64,000 bases of DNA from Candidatus Moraniibacteriota bacterium (GCA_017983435.1 JAGOBM010000006.1:11921-75920); one strand, 5' to 3'. Positions 11,307 to 20,297 are shown, counted from the stretch's first letter. The notes: generated by a model not told the origin, from the letters alone. Program-made: numbers and translations.

Positions 11307-11678
11307 TTAAGCCACGAATTCGATAATCGCCATACGAGCGCCGTCTCCCTTGCGAGCCTCCATCTTGATGACGCGCGTATATCCGCTATTTCTCCCCTCG
11401 AAACGCTTCACGAAACCTTCCGAAAGAATCTTATCAGCAGCGAGAGCTGGGAGCGCTTCGCGGACCATGCGGATAACCGCTACCTGTGCCACGCCATCTT
11501 TCCTCGAACGCTTCGCCTTATTGACGAGCTGATCGACGAAGTTCTTTGTCTCCTTGGCTTTCGCCTCAGTCGTCTCTATGTGGCCATGCAGAACCAAGCT
11601 GGCGATCAGCCCTTTGATTAGAGCTTTGCGCTGCTTGCTTACGCGACCCAAAATGCGACCTTTATTCCTGTGCTGCAT
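11307..11678 (-). CDS. rplQ: 50S ribosomal protein L17
   Basis: MQHRNKGR...NKAKRSRKDGV...GYTRVIKM... L17 pattern. Confidence 0.95.
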   Translation of the reverse strand: MQHRNKGRILGRVSKQRKALIKGLIASLVLHGHIETTEAKAKETKNFVDQLVNKAKRSRKDGVAQVAVIRMVREALPALAADKILSEGFVKRFEGRNSGYTRVIKMEARKGDGARMAIIEFVA

Positions 11679-11704
11679 ATATCTCTATCACAATCCTTCC
11701 CAGA

Positions 11705-12502
11705 TTATTCTGCCTTCTTCTTGGATTTCTTTTCTGCTTTTGGAGCTTCTTCTTCAGTCACTTCTGTGGCGACTTCCGGAGCCGCTCCCTCTTCGACTAC
11801 CGCTGATACTTCCGCTTCAGCCGTCGCGAGTAGAGCAAGAGCCGTAAACTGTTCCATCAGAATAGCGACACCCTTGGAGAACGCCTCTTCCGGAGTGATA
11901 CTACCATCCGTAATCACTTCAAGCGTAATCTTGTCATAGTCAGTCCGCTTGCCGACGCGCATGTTCTCAACTTCGTAGTTCACGCGCTTCACCGGCGAAT
12001 AGATCGAATCGACAGCGATGACACCGATCTCACGCTCTTCGCGCTCGCGAGCTTCTACCGGGACATACCCGAGCCCGCGATCGATCTCGATTTCCATGTC
12101 GAGCTCGGTCTTCTTGTCGCTGATCGTCGCGATGATCTGATCACCGTTGACGATTTCCACGCTCGACGGCACTTTGAAAGCGCTCGCCGTGACTACGCCC
12201 TCGCCTTTCGCTTTGAGCGTCAGCTTGACCGGCTCATCGCTGTGCAGACGGAAACGGATCTGCTTCAGATGGAGCAGGATCTGCACGACGTCTTCCATTA
12301 CACCCGGAATGGTCGCGAACTCGTGCGTCACGCCGGCGATCTTGACCGAACGGATAGCAGCGCCCTCAAGCGAGGACAGGAGCACGCGACGAATCGCGTT
12401 GCCGAGTGTCGTACCGTACCCCGGATAGCATCCGAGAATCTCGAATTTGCCGTGGTGTTCACCCAGCGCGGTGTACTGTGGCTTTTGCGGGATGGCGATC
12501 AT
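11705..12502 (-). CDS. rpoA: DNA-directed RNA polymerase alpha subunit, N-terminal domain only (no alpha-CTD)
   Basis: Alpha-NTD dimerisation/assembly motifs (TLGNAIRRVLLSS). Ends in a 40-aa acidic/Lys low-complexity tail. Only 27 nt before rplQ, so no room for a CTD. Confidence 0.9.
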   Translation of the reverse strand: MIAIPQKPQYTALGEHHGKFEILGCYPGYGTTLGNAIRRVLLSSLEGAAIRSVKIAGVTHEFATIPGVMEDVVQILLHLKQIRFRLHSDEPVKLTLKAKGEGVVTASAFKVPSSVEIVNGDQIIATISDKKTELDMEIEIDRGLGYVPVEAREREEREIGVIAVDSIYSPVKRVNYEVENMRVGKRTDYDKITLEVITDGSITPEEAFSKGVAILMEQFTALALLATAEAEVSAVVEEGAAPEVATEVTEEEAPKAEKKSKKKAE

Positions 12503-12540
12503 AGGCGATGTGCTTAAAAACTTTTTTAATGGCGAAAAGA

Positions 12541-13173
12541 TTATTTCGAGTAGTACTCGACGACCATCTGCGGATCGACATTCACGCCGATATCATCGCG
12601 GGTCGGCAAAGCGACTACTTTCCCTTCGAGCTTATCGGTATCGAGCTCGAGCCAGCGAGGCACATCTTTCTTGGTCTTCAGGATCTCAATACGATTCTTG
12701 TTGTAGGTCTTCTCACGCTTCGTATCCTTGAGGCGGATCACATCACCGACCTGGACTTCGAACGAAGGGATATTCAGGCGCTTGCCATTGACGGTAAACA
12801 TCTTGTGCGAGACGAGCTGCCGACCAAGCGTGCGGGACGGCGAGAAACCGAGACGATAGACTACATTGTCCATACGGCGCTCCAGACGGGACAGGAGCAT
12901 ATCTCCGGTCACACCTTTCTGGCGCTGCACCTCTTCGAAATGATGGCGGAACTGCTTCTCGAGCACACCGTAAATACGCTTGATCTTCTGCTTCATCGCC
13001 AGCTGCTTCCCGAATTCGCTCTGATTGCGGGACGGGGTATGACCATGCACGCCTGGCGCATATGGCCGGCGGACCATGGCGCACTTCTGTGAGAAACAAC
13101 GATCCCCCTTGAGGAAGAGCTTCTCTCCGGCGCGACGGCAGAGCTTACATTTGGAGTCGAGATTTTTTGCCAT
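12541..13173 (-). CDS. rpsD: 30S ribosomal protein S4
   Basis: N-terminal zinc ribbon CKLCRR...C..C and S4 domain. Confidence 0.95.
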   Translation of the reverse strand: MAKNLDSKCKLCRRAGEKLFLKGDRCFSQKCAMVRRPYAPGVHGHTPSRNQSEFGKQLAMKQKIKRIYGVLEKQFRHHFEEVQRQKGVTGDMLLSRLERRMDNVVYRLGFSPSRTLGRQLVSHKMFTVNGKRLNIPSFEVQVGDVIRLKDTKREKTYNKNRIEILKTKKDVPRWLELDTDKLEGKVVALPTRDDIGVNVDPQMVVEYYSK

Positions 13174-13194
13174 AGTATCGTATAAGTAGCTGTC

Positions 13195-13659
13195 TTAGAT
13201 GCGGCGCGGACGGCGCGGACGGCATCCGTTATGCGGAATCGGGGTGACATCCTTGATGCCGAGGATTGAGAATCCATTGTTCGAAAGGGCACGGATGGCT
13301 GCCTCGCGGCCGCTGCCGACACCTCTTACAAACACCTCGAGCTCCTGCAATCCGTATTTCTTCACCTTTTCAGTCACATCGGCGACCACCTGAGTCGCAG
13401 CGTACGGAGTCGATTTCTTGGCGCCCTTGAAACCCATATGCCCAGAACTCGACCAACCGATGACATTGCCACCGAGATCAGTCAACGAAACGATCGTATT
13501 GTTGTAAGTACACTGAATCGTCGCCTTTCCCTTAAGGATCTGGCGGCGTGACTTTTTGACCTTCTTCACAACGGTCTCTTCAGCCGTAGATTCCTTTATC
13601 TTTTCTCCGCCCGAGGCGGATCCGCCTAGGGCGGAAGTTTTCTTCACTTCTTCTGACAT
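13195..13659 (-). CDS. rpsK: 30S ribosomal protein S11 (with ~25-aa N-terminal extension)
   Basis: ...NNTIVSLTDLGGNVIGWSSSG...TPIPHNGCRP S11 core. Confidence 0.9.
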   Translation of the reverse strand: MSEEVKKTSALGGSASGGEKIKESTAEETVVKKVKKSRRQILKGKATIQCTYNNTIVSLTDLGGNVIGWSSSGHMGFKGAKKSTPYAATQVVADVTEKVKKYGLQELEVFVRGVGSGREAAIRALSNNGFSILGIKDVTPIPHNGCRPRRPRRI

Positions 13660-13753
13660 ATTTCAATTCCAGTAAATTAGCTGATAGAGTCTTAGCTTAT
13701 AGTCTTTAAGAAAATCCTCTATCAACTATCAGCTATTATCTAAAAACTGTTCA

Positions 13754-14143
13754 TTAGGTCTTGCTATCTGACTTCTTGCGACCGCTGCCCATCGTCTTCC
13801 GGACATTGCCGCGCACCGTACGGGTGTTGGTCTTGGTCCGCTGTCCGCGAGATGGCAGACTCTTCTGATGACGGGTACCTCGGTAACAGGCGATTTCTTT
13901 CAGACGCTTGATATTCTGCTTCACCTCGTGACGGAGTTCACCTTCGACGCGGTACTTCTTCTCGACCGCTTCACGCAGCTTGTTCGCCAACGCTTCCGGC
14001 AAGTCCTTCGTACGGATATCGCGATCGATACCCAGCTCATCAAGAATCTTCTGGCTGGTCGTACGACCGATGCCATAGATATAGGTCAACGCGATCTCGA
14101 CGCGCTTGTTGTCCGGAATGTTGATACCTGCGATACGAATCAT
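13754..14143 (-). CDS. rpsM: 30S ribosomal protein S13
   Basis: [26 protein letters not shown] typical S13 N-terminus. Confidence 0.95.
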   Translation of the reverse strand: MIRIAGINIPDNKRVEIALTYIYGIGRTTSQKILDELGIDRDIRTKDLPEALANKLREAVEKKYRVEGELRHEVKQNIKRLKEIACYRGTRHQKSLPSRGQRTKTNTRTVRGNVRKTMGSGRKKSDSKT

Positions 14144-14199
14144 ATAGTTCTAGCTTGTAGCTTTTAGCTGCTTGGTTCCCGACTCTTCTCCGATCCAAA

Positions 14200-14313
14200 T
14201 TATCCCTGACGCTGCTTGTGCTTGGGATTGACGCAAATCACGCGAACGACGCGCTTGCGCTTGACGATCTTGCAATGGACACAGATTTTTTTGACGGATG
14301 GTCGGACTTTCAT
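14200..14313 (-). CDS. rpmJ: 50S ribosomal protein L36 (37 aa), absent from ORF track because <60 aa
   Basis: Hand translation [37 protein letters not shown]; canonical position between infA and rpsM. Confidence 0.85.
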   Translation of the reverse strand: MKVRPSVKKICVHCKIVKRKRVVRVICVNPKHKQRQG

Positions 14314-14332
14314 GATCTTGCAACTTGCTGAC

Positions 14333-14557
14333 TTAGAATTTCAACCGCTGGACGATCCTCCCTTTGGAGAGGTCGTACGGGCTCATCTCGACGGTAACGC
14401 GATCCCCTGGCAGCAGGCGGATATAATGAACGCGCATTTTTCCGGAAATATGTCCGAGAATCTCATGGCCGTTATCGAGCTTGACACGAAAAGTCGTACT
14501 TGGAAGCGCTTCAGTCACTTCCCCGTCCATACGAATCACATCTTTTCCATTGGCCAT
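14333..14557 (-). CDS. infA: translation initiation factor IF-1
   Basis: S1-like OB fold sequence ...[34 protein letters not shown]. Confidence 0.95.
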   Translation of the reverse strand: MANGKDVIRMDGEVTEALPSTTFRVKLDNGHEILGHISGKMRVHYIRLLPGDRVTVEMSPYDLSKGRIVQRLKF

Positions 14558-14713
14558 AATTTCTGCTAGCTATCCAAAACAAGAGAAGCTTTCTGCAAAC
14601 AACACAAAAACAAAGGTGGATATTTTTCCGAAGCAAATCAATCCTTGTTCCTGTATTGCGCTTTCTGGCACCCTTTGCCCTGGATCTCTGCGGTTTTTCA
14701 AAATGTATTGACT

Positions 14714-14741
14714 ATTGTAGCAAAAGCTCCGGTTTTGTCAA
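14714..14741 (-). promoter_or_regulatory. near-consensus sigma70 promoter (TTGACA-N17-TACAAT) for the infA-rpmJ-rpsM... operon
   Basis: rc of 14736-14741 is TTGACA; rc of 14714-14719 is TACAAT; ~150-nt leader. Confidence 0.5.
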
Positions 14742-14771
14742 CAGGTAGCTAAGAGCCTATTGGGATAGACT

Positions 14772-15482
14772 CTAAGAACCGAACCGCCGACTGCGCTCTC
14801 CGTACTCTTCGATGGCCGCTTGAAACGCCTCCGGACCGAAATCCGGATACAGTTTCTCGGAGAAAAACAGCTGGGCATTGGCGATATCCCACATCATAAA
14901 ACCAGCTGAAAGATGCGGTTCGCCGCCCGTCCGGATCAGATAATCCACCGGTGGCAAATCCTTGGTCATCAGATGCTTTTTGATGAGTTCATCCGTCACC
15001 TGGACCCCGGACTGGATTTCATGACTGGCCCGCTCGAAAGCGATCCGCATCTCGTCATCCCCGCTGTAGGCCAAGAAAAAATTCAGGAAATGCTGATCAT
15101 ACTGCTTCGTCGCTTCGATGCAACGATACATCACGCGTTTCAGTGAATCCGGGAACTGCTCTTCCCAATGACCGATGAACCGGATACGCGCCTGATCGGC
15201 ATGGATATCCTCGCTCTCGGCGAGCTTGGCAAAATACTTCTCATAGATAGACAGGAGCGCCCGACTCTCCGCCACCGGCCGCTTGGTCAGATTTTCCAGC
15301 GAAGATCCCCAAAACGAGATCTCACGCACGCCCAGACGCCTTGCCTCGCGCACCAGGAGCTCGGTGTTCTCCGCACCAGCCTCATGCCCTTTCCAGGGGT
15401 CGAGTCCGCGCTCTTTGGCCCAGCGGCGATTGCCATCCGGGATGATGACGACGTGATTCGGCAGAAGTGTATCGGACGGCAT
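14772..15482 (-). CDS. uppS: undecaprenyl-diphosphate synthase (cis-prenyltransferase)
   Basis: HVVIIPDGNRRWA hallmark and FWGSSLEN...; 236 aa. Confidence 0.9.
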   Translation of the reverse strand: MPSDTLLPNHVVIIPDGNRRWAKERGLDPWKGHEAGAENTELLVREARRLGVREISFWGSSLENLTKRPVAESRALLSIYEKYFAKLAESEDIHADQARIRFIGHWEEQFPDSLKRVMYRCIEATKQYDQHFLNFFLAYSGDDEMRIAFERASHEIQSGVQVTDELIKKHLMTKDLPPVDYLIRTGGEPHLSAGFMMWDIANAQLFFSEKLYPDFGPEAFQAAIEEYGERSRRFGS

Positions 15483-15526
15483 GATCGAAATGTTTCAAAA
15501 TGAAAAATCGGGAAGCGAGCGGACGG

Positions 15527-16603
15527 CTAATACTCCCGTTCTGCCATATAATCAGCGATGGCCTCGAAAAAGTCAAACGCCGCTGGCGCAATATCAGGGC
15601 GGATAGTCTGGAGTGCCAGCTTGCCTTCCTCGATATAGCGTCGGGAAAGACTCTGCGCCCGATCAAGCGATCCGGTCGAACGGATGATCTCCCGGAAACG
15701 CTCGACATCCGCGAGAGACATCTGATCGCCCAATTCCAGAATCCTCCGGAGTTCCTCTTGTTCTTTGGCATCCCCCTGCTCCAACGCATAGGCCACCAGA
15801 AGCGTCAGTTTGCCTTCCTGTATATCCGAGCCGACCGGTTTCCCGAGTTTCGCCTCCGAGCCGAAGATACCAAGTATGTCGTCTTGGATCTGAAAAGCGA
15901 TACCGAGCGGCAATGCGTACCGATCGAAGCGGCTCGCGAGCTCTTCCGGAGCGCCCGAGAGCGCCAGTCCCATGCGGATGGGGCCTTCCATGGTATAGCG
16001 TGCCGTCTTGTTCCGATACATCTTGAGAATCTCTTCCTCGGTTGCCTCCCGAGAATATTCCATATAGATATCCCGCGCTTGCCCGATCACGGTGTACGAG
16101 ATGATCGACTGGAGACGTGAGAGCGCATCAAAGACGAGCTCCTTCGAGAAAGGAGCCCGAAAAATAATGTCGTTGCCGAGCGCAAACAGGAAATCGCCGA
16201 CGATCAAAGCGACCGAATTGCCGAAGTGTTCGTAATCCCGATCAGGAAATGCTTTCTGTCCGATTTCCGCATACCGCCGGTGCAGGGTCTGCTCTCCGTG
16301 ACGCAGTCCGTCACGATCGATGATATCGTCATGGATAAGCAGAAATGTATGCATGAGCTCGATAGCCACCGCGGTCTCCAAGAGCTTATCTTCCTCCGTA
16401 CCACCTCCCGCGAGATACCCGTAAAACATACAGGCGGGCCGGAGACGCTTGCCTCCGGACAAGGTAATCCGCCGCACATGTTGCAGCGCTTCCTTGACCA
16501 GGATATCCTCCTTGCCGGCTTCCTCCTCGACCTGATCGAAACAGGCCTGTATTTTCGGGTCGAAACGCACCTTGAATTCCTTGAGCAGTACCTGGATATC
16601 CAT
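15527..16603 (-). CDS. trans-polyprenyl diphosphate synthase (IspA/IspB family)
   Basis: FARM LLIHDDIIDRD and second Asp-rich motif FQIQDDILGIFG. Confidence 0.85.
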   Translation of the reverse strand: MDIQVLLKEFKVRFDPKIQACFDQVEEEAGKEDILVKEALQHVRRITLSGGKRLRPACMFYGYLAGGGTEEDKLLETAVAIELMHTFLLIHDDIIDRDGLRHGEQTLHRRYAEIGQKAFPDRDYEHFGNSVALIVGDFLFALGNDIIFRAPFSKELVFDALSRLQSIISYTVIGQARDIYMEYSREATEEEILKMYRNKTARYTMEGPIRMGLALSGAPEELASRFDRYALPLGIAFQIQDDILGIFGSEAKLGKPVGSDIQEGKLTLLVAYALEQGDAKEQEELRRILELGDQMSLADVERFREIIRSTGSLDRAQSLSRRYIEEGKLALQTIRPDIAPAAFDFFEAIADYMAEREY

Positions 16604-16685
16604 ACCATCAGCTAGCTATATATGATGACCGCATTGTATCAGAACCGAAACGAAAAACAATATTCCAGACATCGCCAGAATACCC

Positions 16686-17408
16686 CTAGCGCTCATCCGG
16701 AAACACGAAAAAATCCCGGTAGCGACGATACAGCTCGAGTGTCGCCCAGAGATCACGGGCATTGTACCGGGCGATCTCCCGATATTTCCCTTCCTTGAAC
16801 AATCCTCGGACATCATCGCCGGTCACGCCCTGCGCTTTGGGACTCTCTATCCCAAACGCTCGCGTCCACAGATGCAAGCTCCCTTTGCGCCGCACGGAAC
16901 CATAGAAGGATAGCTGGTCGAACAAATCGATATGTTTCGCCTGACGAGGCTGATAATTAAGATAGCGATTGGCCATGAGATTCTTCGTCGGCTTGATTCC
17001 ATGCACCGCCGAGCGCGTCCAGAGAAACGGAATATCGAAACTCCGGCCGTTGAACGTCACGAACGTATCGTATTTGACCGCGATACCCCAGAATTTCCGG
17101 AGCATATCCGCTTCCGACAGCGCCTCATATTTGCAGGCCCCCTCTTCAAAATCCCCATCATCTGCATCATTCGGCTGATAGTACACGGCGGCCCGCTCGC
17201 GCTCCGCATCCAGCACGCCGATAGCGACGATCTGTCCGGTCAGCGGTGAAAATCCGAGTCCATCCTCAAGGTCTTTGAGCTCGGCCGCGTACTCATCTTC
17301 CGAAGAGGTTCCGCGCTTGATCCAGCGCGTCAGACTCTCCTGAGTCGTCTCATCCATCGACCCGAAATCCTCACCGACCGTCTCGATATCGAAAATAAGC
17401 GTCGACAT
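16686..17408 (-). CDS. DEDD-type 3'-5' exonuclease (PolB-exonuclease-like / RNaseH-like fold)
   Basis: Exo I motif IFDIETVG at N-terminus; further D/Y-containing blocks (FDIPFL, YNARDLWAT). Confidence 0.6.
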   Translation of the reverse strand: MSTLIFDIETVGEDFGSMDETTQESLTRWIKRGTSSEDEYAAELKDLEDGLGFSPLTGQIVAIGVLDAERERAAVYYQPNDADDGDFEEGACKYEALSEADMLRKFWGIAVKYDTFVTFNGRSFDIPFLWTRSAVHGIKPTKNLMANRYLNYQPRQAKHIDLFDQLSFYGSVRRKGSLHLWTRAFGIESPKAQGVTGDDVRGLFKEGKYREIARYNARDLWATLELYRRYRDFFVFPDER

Positions 17409-17412
17409 ATGA

Positions 17413-17742
17413 CTAATGCGCCAATGTAGATCGAAACGCCGCTACCAATGCATCTATCCCTTGGCCGGATTCCATAGCCTCATCCGAATACGTCTGCAGA
17501 TACGTTTCCGCCAATGACTGCGCAGGAGCGCTCTCGAACCAATCCCGAAAGGCCGCACTATTGGCCGCGACCGCTGCCTCCCACTCCGTCTCATGCACTG
17601 CATCGACCCGATCAAGCGCGCCTTCCGTAGCGTCTTCAACCTGAGCCAATGACAGCTGCAAGAGATTCCGGAGCAAGAGCATGCGCTCTTCATGACGCTT
17701 CTCCTGGGGAATCAGCTGCTCCATACCTCGTTCGGTCAACAT
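17413..17742 (-). CDS. hypothetical protein
   Basis: ATG start 5 nt after the exonuclease stop; acidic/helical; no motif recognised. Confidence 0.4.
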   Translation of the reverse strand: MLTERGMEQLIPQEKRHEERMLLLRNLLQLSLAQVEDATEGALDRVDAVHETEWEAAVAANSAAFRDWFESAPAQSLAETYLQTYSDEAMESGQGIDALVAAFRSTLAH

Positions 17743-17847
17743 ACTGTTTTCTCAAAAATATCGATAGCATTGCCATTCTATCACAAAAAGAAAAAGGGGT
17801 GGCCAACGTACTTCTACGTCAGACACCCCTACAAGACAGCCTCAGGC

Positions 17848-18624
17848 TCATGCATTCTCGGTCAATGACCGGATGCGCCCGCTAAAATCGAGCAATGCCG
17901 CTCGCGGATCAATCGCCTCGACGATCGGATGCCCGATAAGCAGATAATCAGCCCCGGCCCTGACCGCGACTTCCGGCGTCACGACACGCCTCATGTCATT
18001 GGTTTCCTGACCGGATAACCGGATGCCCGACACCACCAGCTGGAAAGATTCCGGGTATTTCTCCCGTAAACCAGCCGTCTCCTGACCGGAACAGACCACG
18101 CCATCCAATCCGGATTGTGAAGCCAGGTCCGCTAGACGGAATACGAATGGCACCGTCGGTGCGATCGGTGCAGCCCGCTCAGATGACGGACGCGAAAGAT
18201 ATTCTCTCGGAATATGAATCGGCAACTTGGCGATGCCTATCTTTTCGAGATCATCCGATCCCATCGTCGTGAGCAGTGTCGCCCCTACTACCCATGGCCG
18301 GGAACAGGAGTGCACGGCCGCAGCAGCGGCTGCTTCCATCATGTTCCGCCCGCCCATCGTGTGGACACTCACCATCCATACCCCCAAATCAGCCATCGTA
18401 CGGATCGCGTTATCGATCACCCGTGGCATCTCATACAATCGGAGATCCAAAAAAACATCGAAACCCATCCGTTGCAGCTCGTGAACCACTTCCGGGCCCG
18501 CCGCCAAAAACAGCTCCGCACCCACTTTGACCCGACAGACTGCCGGATCAAGAGTACTGGCTATATCCAACGCCTTCTGCCGAGAGGAAACACTCAAGGC
18601 AACGATAATCATAGCGCGACTCAT
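17848..18624 (-). CDS. pyrF: orotidine-5'-phosphate decarboxylase
   Basis: KVGAELF (substrate-binding KVG), DLRLYEMP, HTMGG blocks; GGAGGTG SD. Confidence 0.85.
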   Translation of the reverse strand: MSRAMIIVALSVSSRQKALDIASTLDPAVCRVKVGAELFLAAGPEVVHELQRMGFDVFLDLRLYEMPRVIDNAIRTMADLGVWMVSVHTMGGRNMMEAAAAAAVHSCSRPWVVGATLLTTMGSDDLEKIGIAKLPIHIPREYLSRPSSERAAPIAPTVPFVFRLADLASQSGLDGVVCSGQETAGLREKYPESFQLVVSGIRLSGQETNDMRRVVTPEVAVRAGADYLLIGHPIVEAIDPRAALLDFSGRIRSLTENA

Positions 18625-18681
18625 GACGCACCTCCTTCTGATTGATTAAAGAACCAAAAACAGCAAAAGCTGATTGCCAGC

Positions 18682-18711
18682 AGCATACGTCCTCCCTCCA
18701 AACGTTGTCAA
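18682..18711 (-). promoter_or_regulatory. sigma70-like promoter for pyrF (TTGACA-N18-TATGCT)
   Basis: rc of 18706-18711 is TTGACA; rc of 18682-18687 is TATGCT. Confidence 0.4.
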
Positions 18712-18715
18712 CCGT

Positions 18716-18773
18716 TCGCCAGTTTCGTCTTCGCGAAAGGACTCGCTCCTGCCCGTTCGATTCCCCTTAGGGC
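18716..18773. repeat. conserved 47-nt block (copy 1) fused to a 19-nt inverted copy of the tRNA-Glu 3' end
   Basis: 18716-18762 matches 20515-20561 with 2 mismatches. 18755-18773 is the exact reverse complement of tRNA-Glu gene positions 18829-18847. Confidence 0.8.
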
Positions 18774-18778
18774 AAACA

Positions 18779-18820
18779 AACCAAAAACCTCCCGGAAATA
18801 TATCCGGAAGGTTTTTGGTT
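18779..18820 (-). terminator. rho-independent terminator after tRNA-Glu (17-bp hairpin + U-run)
   Basis: aaccaaaaacctcccgg / ccggaaggtttttggtt, one mismatch. Confidence 0.6.
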
Positions 18821-18826
18821 AACTTG

Positions 18827-18898
18827 TAGCCCTAAGGGGAATCGAACCCCTGTTTCCTCCGTGAGAGGGAGATGTCCTAGCCGCTAGACGATAGGGCC
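18827..18898 (-). tRNA. tRNA-Glu (anticodon CTC)
   Basis: rc gives GGCCCTA-TC-GTCT...anticodon loop CTCTCAC...T-loop GGGGTTCGATTCCCC...TAGGGCT-A; aligns to bacterial tRNA-Glu. Confidence 0.8.
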
Positions 18899-19008
18899 CC
18901 TTATGAACAGCTAATAGTTGATAGCTTATAGTTTATAGCTCTTTGAGAAATTCGAATACAATCCGCGACTCTAAAAAACTAACAACTATAAGCTATCAAC
19001 TGTTCACG
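18899..19008. repeat. inter-tRNA spacer forming a large AT-rich inverted repeat (gaacag...gttgatagcttatagtt / aactataagctatcaactgttc)
   Basis: Arms ~22 nt; motif tagcttatag recurs at 13702 and 14150. Confidence 0.5.
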
Positions 19009-19079
19009 CAGGAGTGGTAGGAATCGAACCTACGCAAACGGTTTTGGAGACCGTTGTACTACCATTATACGACACTCCC
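19009..19079 (-). tRNA. tRNA-Trp (anticodon CCA)
   Basis: rc: acceptor GGGAGTG/CACTCCT, D-arm GTAT..GTAC, anticodon loop CTCCAAA, T-loop GGTTCGATTCC. Confidence 0.8.
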
Positions 19080-19172
19080 GTACCAAGAAACAAAAAACAG
19101 TTAACAACCAACAAATAGCAGATACCCTTCATCTTACCCTGCTTCCTGTTCTTTGTTAACTGTTCCTGGGGC

Positions 19173-19334
19173 CTATTTGCCTTCGTTATGCACCGTGTGC
19201 TTCTTGCAGAACTTGCAATGCTTCTTCATAGAAAGCTTCTCTTTCACCTTCTTCTTGTTGCGTTGGGTATAGTAAGTGATGCGTCCGCAGTCCGAACACT
19301 TCAGCTTCGCCATGTTGTCCTTGATCTTGCCCAT
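19173..19334 (-). CDS. rpmG: 50S ribosomal protein L33 (53 aa), absent from ORF track
   Basis: Hand translation MGKIKDNMAKLKCSDCGRITYYTQRNKKKVKEKLSMKKHCKFCKKHTVHNEGK (Cys4 zinc ribbon); sits between tRNA-Thr and tRNA-Trp. Confidence 0.8.
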   Translation of the reverse strand: MGKIKDNMAKLKCSDCGRITYYTQRNKKKVKEKLSMKKHCKFCKKHTVHNEGK

Positions 19335-19404
19335 AGTCTTCCTGGAATCCCTTACGAATACAATGCACCTACTCTACGGAATTTTTCCGTTTTCGTCAAT
19401 ACTG

Positions 19405-19477
<73 letters not shown>

Positions 19478-19601
19478 TTCACATAAAAAACATTACAACC
19501 TCAAAAAAGAATCGAGGCTTTCCCTATTCTAACGATTTTCTGGAAAAAGTCCAATATCCAAAAGAAAACCCCGGATTTCTCATTGAGAAATCCGGGGAGC
19601 A

Positions 19602-20297
19602 TCACATCGTCGACAGTGCTGATGGATTATGCAGATACAAGAACCCATCACGCCGTGTCCAGCCGATACCAGGATGACTATCCCCGTCCAATATGAGCCA
19701 CGGCCCCTCCGATTCTCTCTGGAGAGCCAGACGGCAAATACCACCGAAATCTCCTCGGACGGGAGTATGCATCACCATCAGGGTATCGATACCCATCCGG
19801 CGCAGCATATCATCCGTCAGATACTGCCGGAGGAACGGTACCAGACCGATAGGCGGCTCGACATATCCACGCTCGATAGCCATGCGTTCTATATTCTCGA
19901 GCGTCCGATCAGTGTCTGTCAGCTCACTGCCCAGCAGGATACTGCACTCATACACGAGTCCGGAGGTCATATTGTCCACCATGGGATCCCCGAGCAGATC
20001 CTCGACTCCCCGACCGAACTGGCATCCATCCTGAGCCAGATCCCGAAGAATCATTCCCATAGTCTGCGGCGACGGAGTGATCGAAAAATGCGGCGAGAGC
20101 GGATCATCATCAATAGCGGCCGCGACCACAGCCAGAGTCGGTATCACCACCACGTCAGCACGCCCCTCCATAATCTCGACCAGCTTCTCCCACAAGCCAT
20201 TTTGTTGGATATATTTGACGATTTCCACTTCGGTAGACAGGATAGTCCCATCGCGAAGATAGATCGGTGCTACCCGAGTGACGGTTGAGAACAGCAT
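19602..20297 (-). CDS. conserved-looking hypothetical protein
   Basis: AGGAGG SD 6 nt before ATG; protein-like composition, whereas the antisense ORF 19629..20288 is Arg/His/Ser-rich; no family recognised. Confidence 0.55.
   Translation of the reverse strand: MLFSTVTRVAPIYLRDGTILSTEVEIVKYIQQNGLWEKLVEIMEGRADVVVIPTLAVVAAAIDDDPLSPHFSITPSPQTMGMILRDLAQDGCQFGRGVEDLLGDPMVDNMTSGLVYECSILLGSELTDTDRTLENIERMAIERGYVEPPIGLVPFLRQYLTDDMLRRMGIDTLMVMHTPVRGDFGGICRLALQRESEGPWLILDGDSHPGIGWTRRDGFLYLHNPSALSTM

Noticed and set aside
19629-20288. 219-aa plus-strand ORF overlapping the minus-strand gene 19602..20297
   Set aside because: His/Arg/Ser-rich antisense-like composition and no SD; the minus-strand frame has AGGAGG-ATG and protein-like composition.
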